DNA of 62,600 bases, filler included, from Squatina squatina (Eukaryota), in assembly GCA_031763465.1 (NCBI GenBank). It is 4 parts of 3 records of this genome, joined end to end, with 100 filler letters (N's around TTAATTAATTAA, not from the genome) between each part and the next. Parts side by side here need not be neighbours in the genome. Positions count along the whole stretch, not along the records: positions 29,946 to 47,948 come from JARFOE010000192.1; positions 48,049 to 62,600 come from JARFOE010000004.1; 2 more parts are not named here. One strand, written 5' to 3'. The stretch's first letter is position 1. The number at the start of each line of letters is the position of its first letter. The position numbers and the translations under genes are program-made. The notes below the pieces were generated by a model. It had not been told where the DNA came from and did not search any database. It was given only the letters and a program-made list of their open reading frames with translations. This document shows positions 37,415-51,713 of this stretch, piece after piece.

Positions 37415-38103
37415 TGGGGTCAATAGTTGAGGTGTACATAGATCATTAAAATGTCATGAACAGGTATAGAAAATAATTAAAAGTCTAATGGAATGCTGGC
37501 CTTTATATCTGGAGGATTAGAATAAAAGGGGATAGAAGTTATGCTACAGTTATACAAAGCCCTAGTTAGACCACACCTGGAGTGCTGTGTTCAGTTCTGG
37601 GCACCACACCTTTGGAAGGATATATTGGCCTTGGAGGGTAGGTTTACCAGAATGATACCTGGACTCCAAGGGTTAAATTATGAGATTACACAAACTTGGG
37701 TTGTATTCTCTGGAATTTAGAAACTTTAGAGGTGATTTGATCAAAGTTTTCAAGATATTAAGGGGAGCTGATAGCGTAGATAGAGAGAAATTATTTCTGC
37801 TGTTTGGGGAGTCTAGGACTGGGGGGCATAGTCTAAAAATTAGAGCCAGGCCTTTCAGGAATGAATTTAGGAAACACTTCTCCACGTAAAGGTTGGTAGA
37901 AGTTTGGAACTCTCTGCCGCATACAGCAGTTGATGCTAGGTTAATTGTTAAGTTTAAATCTGAGATTGATAGATTTATGCTAACCAAAGGTATTAATGGA
38001 TATGGGCCAAAGGTTGGTATATGGAGTTAGGTCATAGATCAGCCATCGAATGGTGAAACAGACTCGAGGAGCTCAATGGCCTACTCCTGTTCCTATGTTC
38101 CTA
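37415..38103 (+). mobile_element. CR1 LINE ORF2 C-terminus and 3' tail
   Basis: MLQLYKALVRPHLECCVQFWAPHL...LGLYSLEFRNFRGDLIKVFKILRG...RTGGHSLKI, ending CCTACTCCTGTTCCTATGTTCCTA. Confidence 0.9.
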
Positions 38104-40845
38104 AATTGACTGTGGTGAAATCCTACTGTTTTTTGAGTTGCTTTAAATATTTTTGGTAAGTGCCAGGCGGAATTAACATCTGGAAATCGGCGCTAACTCA
38201 AAAATAGGGCAGGGCAGTCGTGTACTGCTTAGCAGTCTGTAGCAACAATAACTGGCAGGGCAATGAAAGTCTGCTGGATAATATAGCAACTGAATAGCCC
38301 CCAGCACATATTGTGTGTGTCACCATATTGCATTGCAATTGTCTTCGTTGAGGTCCCAGTGGGTTGCTGGCTTCCCCTTTATAGATCATCCGAACTGATT
38401 GCCCCACAATGTCTACCACCTAGGTTATGTGTGCTTTTCTGGTGGAATCCCAGGAAAATGATGGGAGAAGTGTGAAAACATCATAATTACATCAATTTTA
38501 AATGCCCCATCTGTTTCACGCAGGAGCTTCCCGCCCGTGCTAGGGATTCCCCAGGAAATGCATATTGAGTGCAAAGAGGTCTCCGCTCCCTTTACCTTTG
38601 TTGGACGCCTTGGAAATAGGCATAAATGGGGCATTAGAATGAGGAAAATTGGCTCTCATATTTTGTTGCAGTTTGATTTCTGCATTAGGATTAATTTCCA
38701 GGGATGGCACCATTTTCGCAATTTTCTTTTTACTTTTGATAAAATTTTGGAAGGCGATTTTAATTGAGCCCACCCGGTGTAAACTAGATGGGTTAGCAGT
38801 TAAAATCCGCTGTGGGGTTTACCCGCTGAGGTCCCGCTCTCTTTCCGCAGATTCCAATTTTAACCTGCTCTTCTGAGCAGGCCTACCAGTACCCGGCAGG
38901 GTCCTTTTTAATTATGTAGATTGTGCTCCGATGATCGCATCGAGGCCTGATTGATATTTTAACCAGAGACCTGTGCGGGAAATCATTGTGGCTTTTCCAC
39001 ACAGGTCAACCGAAGAGGAGTCAGGGCCAGAAGAGACCTGAAAAGGTAAGCCATTTTAACAAACCCTGTGCGCCAGGAGGAGCAGGCTGCTCTCTGGGCC
39101 CACCAGGAAGGTTTAGGCCTCCTCTGCCCCGCCCTTTCCCTCCTTCCCCTGATAGTAAGGCCCTCCCCATCCCCTCCCTGAAACTTACCTTTGGTCCTTA
39201 GTGGCAACCTCCTGCCACCCGACTTAGCACTCCCATCTGACCGTCAGTTGCTGCTTTCTCCAGCTTTGGGGAGGGAGAGACTGACTGAATATATGCAGAT
39301 GAGACCTGGGAATTAAAATCTCCTGGGCCTCTCACGCTGTTGAGGTTGGTACGGTTTGCCACCTGACCCGGCTCCCTGAATTGGAATCAAGGCTTTGGTT
39401 GCTGCTGCCAGTTAAATAACAAGCAAAATGTTGAGGATGGAAATTCCTTTTGGAGTTCCGACACTGCTGGATGGATGATAAATGGATGGCTGAATACTTT
39501 AGGTGCTAAAGAGCTAAAGAGGTGGCCAAGTTGAGGTCTTAAGCTGCAACGCTGGTTTAGCCTGCGTTTAGCACGAGACACCATCTTGGTAAAGGAGTTG
39601 AAGCCAGTGCTAGGAACGGCTGCTTGAAGGATCGTTAATTGGCTGATGACAATTAAATTGCCTGTTATCACTTATTAAAGAGGTTGAAAGCCATTTTGGT
39701 GGATAACGCTTAATTTAACAACCTCTCTTAACTGATGTTCCGTTTCAGCTGCGCAGCTGCACTCCAGGAATCCTGCACAACTGACTTGCCGGCTTTTCAT
39801 TGCAAAGTGCAGTATTTTGAATGGCAGTGCCAAGAAAAATTACACGGAACAATGCTCCTTATACTGACCGGCTGAACAGGAGTAAACAAGTCATTGCTGA
39901 AGGTTTTNNNNNNNNNNNNNNNNNNNNNNNNNNNNNNNNNNNNNNNNNNNNNNNNNNNNNNNNNNNNNNNNNNNNNNNNNNNNNNNNNNNNNNNNNNNNN
40001 NNNNNNNACCCCATCAAGCAAACTCCTAGTGCGCACCCTAATACTGACCAGGGGCTCAGCGTGAATATTAAATTAGCACTCACCCCAGAAAATCTGCAGG
40101 GTTAGTCATGCCCTGGCTTAAGAATTCTGGCTTAATAAAAAGAGTCAGCAACAGAAAATCTGCCCTGCTAATCTCTTTCTATACTGAAGCTGATCTTCTA
40201 CAAGGCTCCATACCGTTTAGATTGGCAGAATTGAATAAACATGTGGCTGGATTGAGTCAGTGTGTCGCCACTTGTGTCGACATGGTGTCTCAAATCCAGG
40301 CCACACATTGTGCTACTTCTGCCCACGATGTTTCTTTGCCAAACTTTGCCTGAGGATCTTCAGGTAATGCAGCAATGGGGAAATATCCATTCAGCTTGGA
40401 TACACTCCAGTGCTGTTGGCCATACGAGGCTCCCAGACGGGGAGTGCTGCCAATTAACAATCTTCAAGCCAGTCACAGCATTAGCTCCAAGTTCAGCAAC
40501 TGAGCATGAGGCTGTGCCAGGGGCAATGTCTCTACAACTGGATAAACTGCAAGTATTCTCTCCACTCCAAGAGAGGAGAGGAATATAATGACATAGGAAA
40601 GACAAATTTTTTTACTTGCATTTTTGTGACATATTAAAGGACTGTAAAGTCTGCTTGATCGAGGGAACATATTTCCAAAATCACCCAGGTCCTGAGAAAT
40701 CTGCAGGTTATTGCATTTTGTAGCACAACTATTTTTAGTTCAGCAGTAGAATCATTATTTGTGCTTGCACAACGGTACTTAATAATATTTGCATCTATTT
40801 AAAGGTGTATCCCTTTTAGTATCATAATCCAATTAGCATTATAAT

Positions 40846-40911
40846 ATAAACAGAAAATGCTGGAGATACTCAGCAGGTCAGGCAGCACCTGTGGAGAGAG
40901 AAACTGAGTTA
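40846..40911 (-). mobile_element. Penelope-type terminal repeat fragment
   Basis: Reverse complement of the repeat at 55760-55826. Confidence 0.6.
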
Positions 40912-41157
40912 ATAGCAGAGGAGGAGGGAATCATGGAAAATCTGGCAAGAAGGCGGCTTCCATGACCTAGGAATGTGACCGAGGAAAGGAGGTCTGGACC
41001 CCAGCGGTGGGGACTACCCTGCTGGCCCTGTACCAATGCGGGGGGATACTCACGCTTNNNNNNNNNNNNNNNNNNNNNNNNNNNNNNNNNNNNNNNNNNN
41101 NNNNNNNNNNNNNNNNNNNNNNNNNNNNNNNNNNNNNNNNNNNNNNNNNNNNNNNNN

Positions 41158-41420
41158 AAGCAAATTGCTGATGCGAATCAAGGCAGTGTGAATGCACCTT
41201 TTTACAGGGATGTCTCACATGTAAGTGTTTTATAGATTCAAGATAGCGCCCCTACAGCGCCTCCAAGCAGCTGTCAGCGCCTCCAACAGCGCCACGCCTG
41301 TAAACTTCAAAAATGTTAACAAATTTCTGAGCTCCCGGGCGCTATTAATGCCAAGCGCTGTTTAGGTGCTACTTAGTGTTGCAGCATTTCAAACGTGGCT
41401 GCAGTCAAATTTCAGGCCCT
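41158..41420 (-). mobile_element. Harbinger element end, same family as 31908
   Basis: GAATCAAGGCAGTGTGAATGC is the reverse complement of GCATTCCCACTGCCTTGATTC at ~32120; ends AAATTTCAGGCCC. Confidence 0.6.
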
Positions 41421-42579
41421 ATGACTCTCGTAACAGCTGACGCTAAACCCCTGAATTTATAGCCCACAGTTTTCACCAATACAGATGCATTGAGCAGAAA
41501 CTTTAAAATTTAACTCCTGTTAAATAAAATTAATAAGCTTCAGAACATTATAATTAGTCTCCAAATGGTGAGCACATTGACTCAAGCAAAACAAATTTTC
41601 TTTGAACTTTGCCTTGTCATTCTCTTTTTACCAACTGCACCTGAAACTATAGGTTTGTTTGCCTGCCCTTTAGGCCTTTCAGGAAATATTTAGCAACAGT
41701 GTGGGGACACGGAGAGATCAGAGAAATGGAAAGATACCATTCTAATCTTTGAAACAGAAAAGGAGGGATAGCTTCAGTGCTGTCTGTGTTATGGCTACTG
41801 TAATTATACCCGATTGGTCCTTTGATCTTCCAATTCCGGATGTATGGTATCAGAAGATCAAAGGAATAATTGGGAGTCAACCATAAACTAGCATAGTAAA
41901 TGAGATAACATTGTACTAAAAAGTGTCATAAGGGAGGTCTGTACATTTACTATATGGGTGTGAATGATGATTCAACTTTCCAAGGGATTGACTTTCCAGA
42001 ACCGTAAAAATGAAAACTGATAATGCATCCATTTAAAGTAGGAAAATCAACTGATTCCAACTGGGCTACAATCTGCTGTCATCTGACTCTCCCTTATGGC
42101 TGGCTGATTGAAACTCAGGAAACACAAATAAAACAGTACTTTTTGACATATATCCAACATTCTTCATTTCTCTTTCTTATGTTTATGCTTTGTGTTTCCC
42201 TTTGTCTCCCTGCCGTTGTTTTTCAGTTTCATTATAATTTTCCTTTCTGTTGCTCCCATCTTTCTCCATGTCTCAGTTTCTACCTCAACTTTCTTTACTG
42301 TGTTTCTCTCTGGGGCTGAAACTTCTTTTCCAGTGCACAGGTGACCCGAGGGCATTCTGCATGGTGGATTTTGTGCTTCTGGTGCAGAGTGGGGATCGAG
42401 ACCCTTTTGTTGAATGTGGCTGTGTGCATCCAGTGTAATTTGCATCAATCACTGGAAGTGCAGAAGTTCAGGGCCGGGATTCCCTGTGCAGAGCATTGGA
42501 AGTGCTGGTGCAGCTCCTTAAAGTTAACCTGCACTTCCTGTTTTCAGAAAATTCTCCATTTTGCAAGTTCCCTTTTGTC

Positions 42580-42775
42580 AGAGAGGTGATGCTGAGGAAG
42601 GTGATGATGAGGCGGCATGACATTTTTGGACATCAGGATCATGCTCCTTATTAAGCTGCATTCAGGTCTGCCTGGGACAGTTGATCCAACAAGTGAATGT
42701 ACTTTCTGCCGTTAAGAGACCATTTTCCCAGATGAGGAAGAAATTCAACATCTTGAAGAAGTTTTCCAAGGGAAG
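42580..42775 (+). pseudogene. Decayed Myb/SANT-like (Harbinger ORF2-type) exon
   Basis: EVMLRKVMMRRHDIFG...AW/LIQQVNVLSAVKRPFSQMRKKFNILKK, same motif layout as the 32211 exon. Confidence 0.55.
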
Positions 42776-43079
42776 TAACTACTGTACTAATCTCTTTACA
42801 GTGCTCCACAATATTATGGCAGCAACACAAACACAGATGTTGTCCTTAACAAGCTGTGGATCAATGCCCCAGTTTTCTACCTCTCTTTTGTTTCTACCTC
42901 TTATACAATGATTTTCTGTTTCCTCGTTTGCAGCTTCATGTTTCTATTTTTCAATATCTCCATCCTTCTCCTTCCAATGTTACTTTCAATAATTTACCAC
43001 CCTGGAAAAGAAGAACTTTAGCATTTTCCTTTCTGCAAATGATATTGCTTTGTGAGGACAAGCCACTTTAGGATTACAT

Positions 43080-43262
43080 AGAATAATATAGAATGTTCAG
43101 CACAGAAACAGGCCACTTGGCCCAACAGATCCATGGCGGTGTTCATGCTCCACACAAGTAACTTCCCAGTACACCCTCTTCATCTGACCCTATCAGCGTA
43201 ACCTTTTATTCCTTGCCCCCTCATGTGTTTATCTAGCTTCCCCTTAAATGCATCTATGTTTT
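43080..43262 (-). mobile_element. CR1 3' end
   Basis: Reverse complement resembles the 22972-23155 repeat. Confidence 0.7.
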
Positions 43263-46200
43263 CCATTCTATGATTCCATATTNNNNNNNNNNNNNNNNNN
43301 NNNNNNNNNNNNNNNNNNNNNNNNNNNNNNNNNNNNNNNNNNNNNNNNNNNNNNNNNNNNNNNNNNNNNNNNNNNNNNNNNNGTGAAAAGATAAACTAGG
43401 TATCTTTGAAAATGCTTTTGCTTTACAAATGATAATGTAAAACATTACACAAAACATTGATAACTACAATGATCAGCAGATAGTTTGGATGCAGGTTCTG
43501 GTCATGAGTTTATCAATTTAATGTAATATAGAACAAAGAAAAGCCATAATTATAGCAACATAAAATGTGCAATAATTGTGTATTTATATAGGGAAAAGAG
43601 GTGGGAGAAGTGCCTCTGGCTAATCTGTCAGGGCATACCAATGCATAAAATGTGAAATCTCATCCAAGTTATGACCTACTACACAGCTGTGTCAATTAAG
43701 GACAGAGAATGGCGTATCGTTAGGAAGTTATACAATGTTATATTTATTAAAGCACTGTTGGCTTGTTTTAGAGCACAGATGTTAGGGATACAGTTAGTAA
43801 TCTATAAGCCTGTATGAAAAGACCTTGGAGCTTTGGTTTCTCTAATTGTCAAGGGATAAGGCTGTAACTGCTTGATAACAATAAAATGAACAACCAAAAA
43901 TAAGGAAATGTTGGGAAGACCTCTGTCTGCTGGATTCGGGACTCAAATGCAGTGCTATAATGCACAACATTTAATGGCACCAGTGAAAAGCCTGCCATCT
44001 TTCTACATAGTAGGTATGATGGTATATTTGCACTTCCATAAGATGCACCATATTAGGGGAGGAACTCATCGAGTCACTATATATCTATATATGCATTGGA
44101 TTTTGCCATGTATGTATGAAGCACATTTTCAAAATTTCCTGTGGTACAAATGGAGGCAGTTTTGGAAGACAGCAAGGAGAATTGTAAAGAACTCCAGGAA
44201 GGTAGATGGATTAGTGGAATGGGCAGAGACGGGCAGATTGAATTGAATGCAGGGATGCACTTTGAGAACAAAAACAAGGCATGGGAGTCGAGATAGAAAG
44301 ATGCTGAATGGCGTGGAGGGAGAGAGAGACCTCAGGGTTCAAATACATCAGAAAGTGTGAGTACAGGTATATAATGACATAAAAAGGCCAATTGCATTTT
44401 GTGTTTTATAAATAGGGACAGAGACACAAGAGCAAAAATGTTCCGATAAATTTGTGCAAGGTAAGCTTCTATAGTTGAAGAGCTCTTTTTTTGTTGGCAG
44501 GGAAAGACCAGTGACACCCATGAACCAAATTGTCTGGAAATTATGGAAATATATAATAATATGTTGAAGATTTTTCAGATGTCTCTGACAATGGAATCAG
44601 AGTGTTGACATTTGAGATACATTACCTAAGATTGCATAGCATGGGGTAGAAATTGCACCTCGTTGCAACTGTTTTATGGGTGTGAAATAGGCGTAACGAG
44701 GATCAATGTCCCATGCCTCAAGTATGTCTGAATGATGTCTGACCCGACATTGGGTAGGGACATTTTTCAGGCGTCCCTGGTGTCCACCTAAAACAGACAT
44801 TAGGTCCCTTACATATGTAAATGAGGAGCCTAACGTCTGTTTAGGCCTCCTTGCCAAAATTGGGCAATGATGAGAGGAGCAGGCGCTGGGCCTGCAAAGC
44901 TCAGGATTCTTCAGTGGCTGGTAAGTTTAAAAAAAATTATTGCCATGGAGCCAAAAGGAGCAGGATTGCTCCCCTGACTCCACAGCACTCCTGATCACTC
45001 CCTACTCCTATTATTCTGCAGGATTGTCAGCACAAAAAAAAACTACATGAGTGACCTATATAAAAAAAGTATAGAAACACCATCTAAATAGATCAGAACT
45101 ATACAATACTCCCCACCAAGCTCAAGTCCTATAACTAGTGTGAACTTTAATACTTATTTCTAAAGGAATTAAATATGGCCAATATATTCGGGATTCCCAC
45201 TGCAATCTTCTAAGAATTCATGATTGTCGCATTTATACATCATGTTCAGCCCTGGTTCAAGGCCACTACCATTGACCTCTAATGCGAGCCCATCACAACC
45301 TATCTCTATCCTATACAATCTGCAGTCTCCCCACTGTTTTTTTGGTGGCATCTTCCATGTCATCAGCTATCATTGTGTGTATAAACAATCTATCTGTTCC
45401 CATTATTTGCATATAACTAAAATACTGTAGCTGTCATGTTTCAATTCTGTCAGCAAGTGTCATTCCATATTGATTTTTCATCTGACATTCTATTCCATTG
45501 TTATTATGTCTGCTTATAGTCAATATATTCCACAAACAAAATGTTCACATCTCAGAATCTTTCATTTGTCTTTCACCTTTAATACCCACACTTCATTNNN
45601 NNNNNNNNNNNNNNNNNNNNNNNNNNNNNNNNNNNNNNNNNNNNNNNNNNNNNNNNNNNNNNNNNNNNNNNNNNNNNNNNNNNNNNNNNNNNNNNNNTGT
45701 GAAGGATCAGTTGCCAAAAACATAGTAGTCTCTTAAAAGATGAGTCCCATTGAGAGCAGATTTTCTTTAATAATGGGATGTAAAATCTATATATTGTTTG
45801 ATACCTCCAAATCACGTCAGTATTTGGCATCTTCTAAATATCAGAACAAGAACTGCATTGTATAATTCATTAAAGAATTAAGAAAAGCATATTTTCTTTG
45901 CTGATCACAGCAGGCAGCATTCCTATTTTAGATTCAATGGATAACTGAGAAACCCACCACAAAGTTAAGCAGAGTCAGCTAGCTTTTCAAGTGCCACAGA
46001 TGTAAGAGGATATGGAGGCTGAGTTATAAGAAGTCATTTTTTGCATTAAGACATCAATCCCATTTGTCCAATTAAATAATATTTTTTTCTAAAAAGGCGT
46101 AAAATATTGGGATTCAATAATATCGAACTGTATGCCAATAGTAACAATGCACCTCCGGTGTTGGCAGCTTATATTGTTGGGAGCTGATGCCTGTTTTATC

Positions 46201-47992
46201 CCATAATTCTATTGATTATCAGAATCTGTGAGCCACATTCTAAAAAGTGATAAATTAATTCCTTATCAACTGGTTCTATTTTTATTATTTTCAAGTTTGT
46301 GCTGTTTCCGAATCTTGTGATAACTTTTGGTCTTCTCTGTATTATTTAACTTGTAACTAAATTTGATTAAGTAGTTTCACTATATCCCCAAGCAAGATAA
46401 ATGCGGTGAGGAAGCAACTGTGGCACTGAGGCTCATTAGGGCTTTCAAGAAATGTTAATGAGGTCTTTGTCATTTAGTGTAGTTTCAGTGCCCAAACAGT
46501 GCTGCTCGAGTTTGGCACCCATAAAAAAGGGAGACTACATGGTTCTGCCATTTTAGTTCCTGTTACTTATGGGGAAGTTTGTTTGATAGTTTACAATGAG
46601 TGTTGACCCAGAAATGTCATTGCTTATTTCATGGTGTCTTTGGGTTTCATTAATCAGCTATTTATATCTTCTTAAAGCTATACTCTGCCCATCTGTGGGT
46701 GCTATCTGAGGGAACTGTAATTGAGCTCCACCTAAATTGGACCTATAGGTATCCTGTTGGCCATCCCTCTCTATCTGTTATTTCTGGAGGAGGAAGAGCC
46801 CAGTCAGAGAAGCAGTAAAGGACGACTTACATATAAAAGATGATGGCAGTCTGATGTGCTTTGCACAGCTGTGCCTTGTAATGTACCATTTCCACGGTAC
46901 AGATGGAGAAGAAGCGTACCTGCGTCAACCAATGGCAGAAGAGGATCCCAGCCATCAGCTACCTTATGTGAGTCTGTAAATTTGCGGTATGTGAGTACCT
47001 GGTATTGTCTGTGTGTTTGGCTCCTTGTCGTATTTTATGGGGCACAGAGCAAAATACATTAACATGGCAGCAACTCCAAATCTGGGCTCGACTGTGGTTT
47101 TGGAAAGTAGGTGAGCAGTTGTCAGACTGCTGTACATTCTCCCTCTCTCTGATCCTCTACCAAGCTTACAGTGAAGAGCTATGAAGATGTATTGTAAAGA
47201 AACATTGTAAAATTGTGAACATATCAACCTTTGCGACCCTTGGAATGCCAACAAATTTTTTCCTTACCTGCTCCCAGGATCTGGTCACAGATGAGACAGC
47301 ATTTCATCTTTCTGCTATCTCCGTCCAGCTGCTTCCATGCTACTTTTCAGTGGGGGAGCCACAAAAAAGGATTAGACTTCTCTCCAGGACCCACTGCAGC
47401 AGTATCTCCAAAGATGCATCCTTTGAAGGGTGCTGTTCATTGTCTTGCTGCAAACATTTCTACCCTCAGTAGCAGTACAGCTTTAAGATAACAATAAATC
47501 TTCCTAGACTTCCCACAGCGCCTTGTATGCAGCAGGCGGCTTAATGGAAACTATTTCCCATCCACTGAAATCAATGGCCAGAAAGTTATGGGTGGTGTTT
47601 GCAGGAAGTGGCAGTTCACTTTGATTGAGAATTAGTAAAGCAAAAGGCTCTTTTTGTTGCTGACAGTAGCTGAGATTTTCCAATGCTAACTGCTGATTAT
47701 CATGGGGCAAATCAAGCAGTTGATGGTGCAAATTTTGGTGAGAGTTATGTAACTGAGCTCAGTTTGCACCCTGGCATAATATCAGGGGATTATCTCCAGT
47801 GATGTAGGATGTACCTGCCTCAAAAAGATGGGAACTTAATTGAAATATTGCTTTGGGGCAGAGGCATTCTCTCCGCCATTCCCTGATATTCGGACCTGCA
47901 TTTCGTCAATGTCAATGGTTGTAAGCATCCAGCCGAGCCTCGGAACAGNNNNNNNNNNNNNNNNNNNNNNNNNNNNNNNNNNNNNNNNNNNN

Positions 47993-48004
47993 TTAATTAA
48001 TTAA
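47993..48004. other. Artificial scaffold linker TTAATTAATTAA
   Basis: Same N44-12-N44 structure. Confidence 0.95.
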
Positions 48005-48244
48005 NNNNNNNNNNNNNNNNNNNNNNNNNNNNNNNNNNNNNNNNNNNNCCAAGAGAGTTCAACCCAAAGACAGGCCAGCAGGGGCTCAGAGTGAGGCTAT
48101 GAAGTAAAGAGTCATGTGATGAGCAAAGGTAAAATGGAGCCTAATCTGACTGCTCTCACTTGCGCTCGATTCTCTGAGCTGAGGCCCGTGTCACCGCTGA
48201 AAAATCCAGGCGTTGTCACGGCTGTGTTTGGTGCACACTGACAC

Positions 48245-48470
48245 TGCTGAATTTCGGACGGGCGGCCATTTTGGGCGCCGTGCGCACTCATGATATCATA
48301 GCGCCGCAATAAAGTTTCAGCTAGCGCTTGGAGCCTTAGAGGCCTTGCGCCCATTTGGCGCAGGTGCGAATGGGACCCGAATTTTGCGCCCGTGTTTGGA
48401 CGCCCAAAGTGCATGTACGCCCGTTTTGTGCTGATTTCGCGCCAAAAGTTTACCCGCGAATTGGGCGCCC
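48245..48470. mobile_element. Harbinger-type MITE
   Basis: CpG-rich ~225 bp; its end AATTGGGCGCCC(TAC) is identical to the terminus of the transposase-bearing element at 55240-55251. Confidence 0.55.
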
Positions 48471-49829
48471 TACGTCTATAAATATTCAAGCTTTTTTTCC
48501 TGTGGTCACATAAGTGAGAACAAACCACAAGTATTTTTTAATATTTCCTCTGGTTACTATGTGCAGTGACATCCTAAGATTTCCTCTGTTCGGTATTTCT
48601 CGCGAATTAGTAAACGTGCTCGTTTAGAACCTGTGTTTATGATTATGCAAGAAACACTAAACAGAGGAAATTGTCACAAACACATATACAATTTCACCTC
48701 ACCTATTAACCAGAAGAATTCTAAATGATACGGGAACAATACAGGAAAGTATGTAGTGTGCAGGAATATTCTGGCTTTGAGGTGCAGTTTAGAATATTTC
48801 ACCAGCCTGTGGAGCAAGGCTGACAGAGGCTACATAGATGTCCACAGCCAAGTGCCTGGCCGAGATATATAGCCCCGGGTAAACATCAACAATGTAAAAT
48901 GTATCACTTAAGAATCATTATATGTTTACACTAAAGTGCCAGATACAAGTACATTTTGAATTTCTCAATTCCTAATGCACAGGATAGAAGAAAATGTCTG
49001 ATGATCCTTTTATAGCTAACTTTTCAAAACTCTTTTTTGTCTTTATTTTGTTGGTATTGCTATGTTCATAACTTTTGACCTTTGCTCATGTTCCTCTTCA
49101 GCTCCAAATACTTAATGAAGTTCTACATGATTATTTCCCTCTCACTGCATTTCCACTGCATTGAACTCAAAATTCACCACAACGTCGATCATTTTATTTA
49201 ATTCTTTCCCAGGACTTCAAAACTCTGGAGCTCCGACCTCATTTACACTTGTCTTCCCTCCCTTTCTTCCTCTAACTCACAGGCTTTTCAAGCCCACTTT
49301 AGTGTCACCTCATCACTGCTTCTTACTTTATCCTGATTTCTTTCCTATTCTATTGAACTTTGAAACTTTGTTTTGAAAAATGGGTCCCTGTCCTTCAGTT
49401 AGGTTTCTTAATAATAAAAGCAACATGTGGTGCAGTGTTGAACCATACAGGTCACGAAGCTCCCAGCATTGACCCCCGATCTGTGCAGAGTTAGGCCACC
49501 TCAGCCAATGTGATATTGGAGTTGCTATAGGTGGCTTCAGCACCTAAGGACAGGGAATCATGATCGTAAAGCAGGTGTGAAGGATAATGCAGCCAGGGCC
49601 AGGGGATAAATTTCACCCCGAGTGGAATCAGGTGGACGTTATGCACTGTTCGTTGTAGTTTTGCCCTGTTGATGGTGAAGAGAACAGTTGGCAAGTTTAT
49701 TCTGAAGACCTGACAGTGGCTGTATTTTATAGAGCCAGGGGTGTCTGGAATCTTAACATCAGGACCAGGAAGGAGGAAAATGTAAGTGGTGGCATCTCAC
49801 CTTCCCACCTGCTGCACTATCGCTATTGA

Positions 49830-50100
49830 TAGGGTCACCAACCCTCCAGGGTTATCCTGGAGTCTCCAGGAATTAAAGATTAAACTCCTGGACACTGCTA
49901 TGAGCAACCCAGGCGAAAAATCCTATGGCATTGAAAAGAAAATAGTTTTTGTTCTCATTTTATTTGAACACTTTTGTTTATTAGTTCTAAAAACTATTGG
50001 AGCTGGAGAAACAAAACCTGTTTGAGTGGGCGAGGCGGTTGGAGGCCAGAGCTCATGTGATGAACCCTCCAGTAATACATGCCACCAGAGTTGAAAAGCC
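49830..50100. mobile_element. Short non-autonomous DNA transposon (TAGGGTTGCCA-like termini)
   Basis: Starts TAGGGTCACCAACCCTCCAGG; a related degraded copy lies at ~23165-23348. Confidence 0.4.
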
Positions 50101-50697
50101 GAGCTACTGACTGTGCAAAAGTATTGGTGCCTGCAGATATCTGACCAGGTTTCCGAACACTGTTTAGCATTGTGATGCGACTGCATTGCTAAATATTTTT
50201 GCTTTCCCCCTTTTCATCAATAAGATTTTACTTCCAAATGAATTTTAAACAGTTTCAGATTTCTTGAAAGACCAGTTGATGCAGCGGAGCTTTTGCCAGC
50301 AGCCAGTGTGAAGAAGTTCATATTCTAGAATTCTCCCACACTTGCCAAGTGTTCTTCACGATCAATAACACTGCAGCTGAGTGACGGTCGCTGCTTGACT
50401 CTTTTAATTACATTCATCACTTTGACATGAGGTGACGACCTGGCTCTGTGGCTGACTCGCAACAGAAAAGCCTCAGCCTTCAGAATTAGCTCACGGTTGA
50501 CCGTTCTGGTCCAGGTTCTGCTTCGGTTCTGAGAAACCTGGTGACATTTTTCAGGAAGGCACCAAGTTGTCCAAAGTCATTCAACAGCGTTAATTACACC
50601 TTTTCAAAAGAGGCATTTCTTTAGAACTAAAAGTAAAATATCCCAAGGTATTTTCCTTTAACTTGGCTGTTACTTTTCCCACTTTTTTGCCTGGCAG

Positions 50698-50876
50698 GTG
50701 CGATTGAACTGGATCTGAACAGATTTACACGTGGAGCAAAAACAGCCAAGCTATGCACAATTGAAATGGCTACAGATGAATCTGCTTTTCCCACAGTCTC
50801 CATTTTTAAACAGAAGAGGGTGAAGGGCTGGTGGCCATTCGTGGCCAGAAATGAAAATGATGAAATGGAGCTTACA
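50698..50876 (+). CDS. OTOF: Otoferlin C2F-region exon
   Basis: 179-bp exon (ggcAG ... GTAAGA): [60 protein letters not shown], close to recalled OTOF. Convergent with DRC1, as in mammals. Confidence 0.9.
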
Positions 50877-51277
50877 GTAAGAAGTTTTTTTGTTTTGGAA
50901 TTTGGAAACAGATTTTGTCTCTTACAAACCAAGATGGCCGAATTAACACTAAAGAGTCCAAAAGGACGAAATGTATAAAATTCACTTTCTCAATGTGTTT
51001 TCTCTTTGAGTGGGAGCCTGCCATGGTCAGAACTGTACTGAAAATGAAGAAAATAACATTTTATTATCACAGCATTAATTTGCAAAGTGAAGCCTTTCTT
51101 AACAATCACTTGTATTAAAGCTTTTTATATTTTATAAAGGTCACCTGTTTTCAGTCCCAGTAATACATTATTAATTGAGATGCATGTCTTTACTAGGATC
51201 CCAACCTCCAGCCCTACCCCTGTACTGAAGAATACCTAAATGAGTTTTACATCGGGTTATTCTAAACAAGGTTCATT

Positions 51278-51713
51278 GGGGGAGCAATTCGGGAGTGCCC
51301 CGTTTGGGTCGTTAGCTTTAAAAAGTTGAAAAAATTAGCGCCAGGCGCTAAAGTTTTTTAACTTTAAAAAAAATTCAGGGTTTGCACACCAGGAAGGAAG
51401 TGAAGCGCTTGATTTAGCGTTCCACTTCCTTCCCAGAGCACAACAGGCAGCAGGCGGGGCAGAAGGTGTGCACGCCGCCACATTGGGAAGGGAAGGGCCA
51501 TCGCTGCAGGCTCTGCAAGGCAAAAACTTGCCTGGTCCCCGACGGCACCCACGATCTGCCCGATGCACTGCCGGGCCGATCGATCGGAAACGAAGACAAA
51601 GATCAAAAAAAGAGAGCGAGCACTTTTTTTTTCACCTACCTTGGCCATCTTACCTTGAAGCATCAACTCCGAAGCGTCCGGCCTCCCGATGAATGCCTCC
51701 TGCAGTTTCCGGT
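51278..51713. mobile_element. Harbinger-type non-autonomous element end
   Basis: CpG-rich block starting GGGGGAGCAATTCGGG, similar to the GGGCGCCCAATT termini. Confidence 0.4.

Noticed and set aside
46678-46980. Apparent exon with GTGAGT donors
   Set aside because: The frame from the best acceptor stops at ~46816, and the other frames give unrecognisable peptides.
50698-50876. Calling this exon FER1L6 because HAS2/SNTB1 are in the window
   Set aside because: The sequence is OTOF-like ([17 protein letters not shown]) and lies on a different scaffold next to DRC1.
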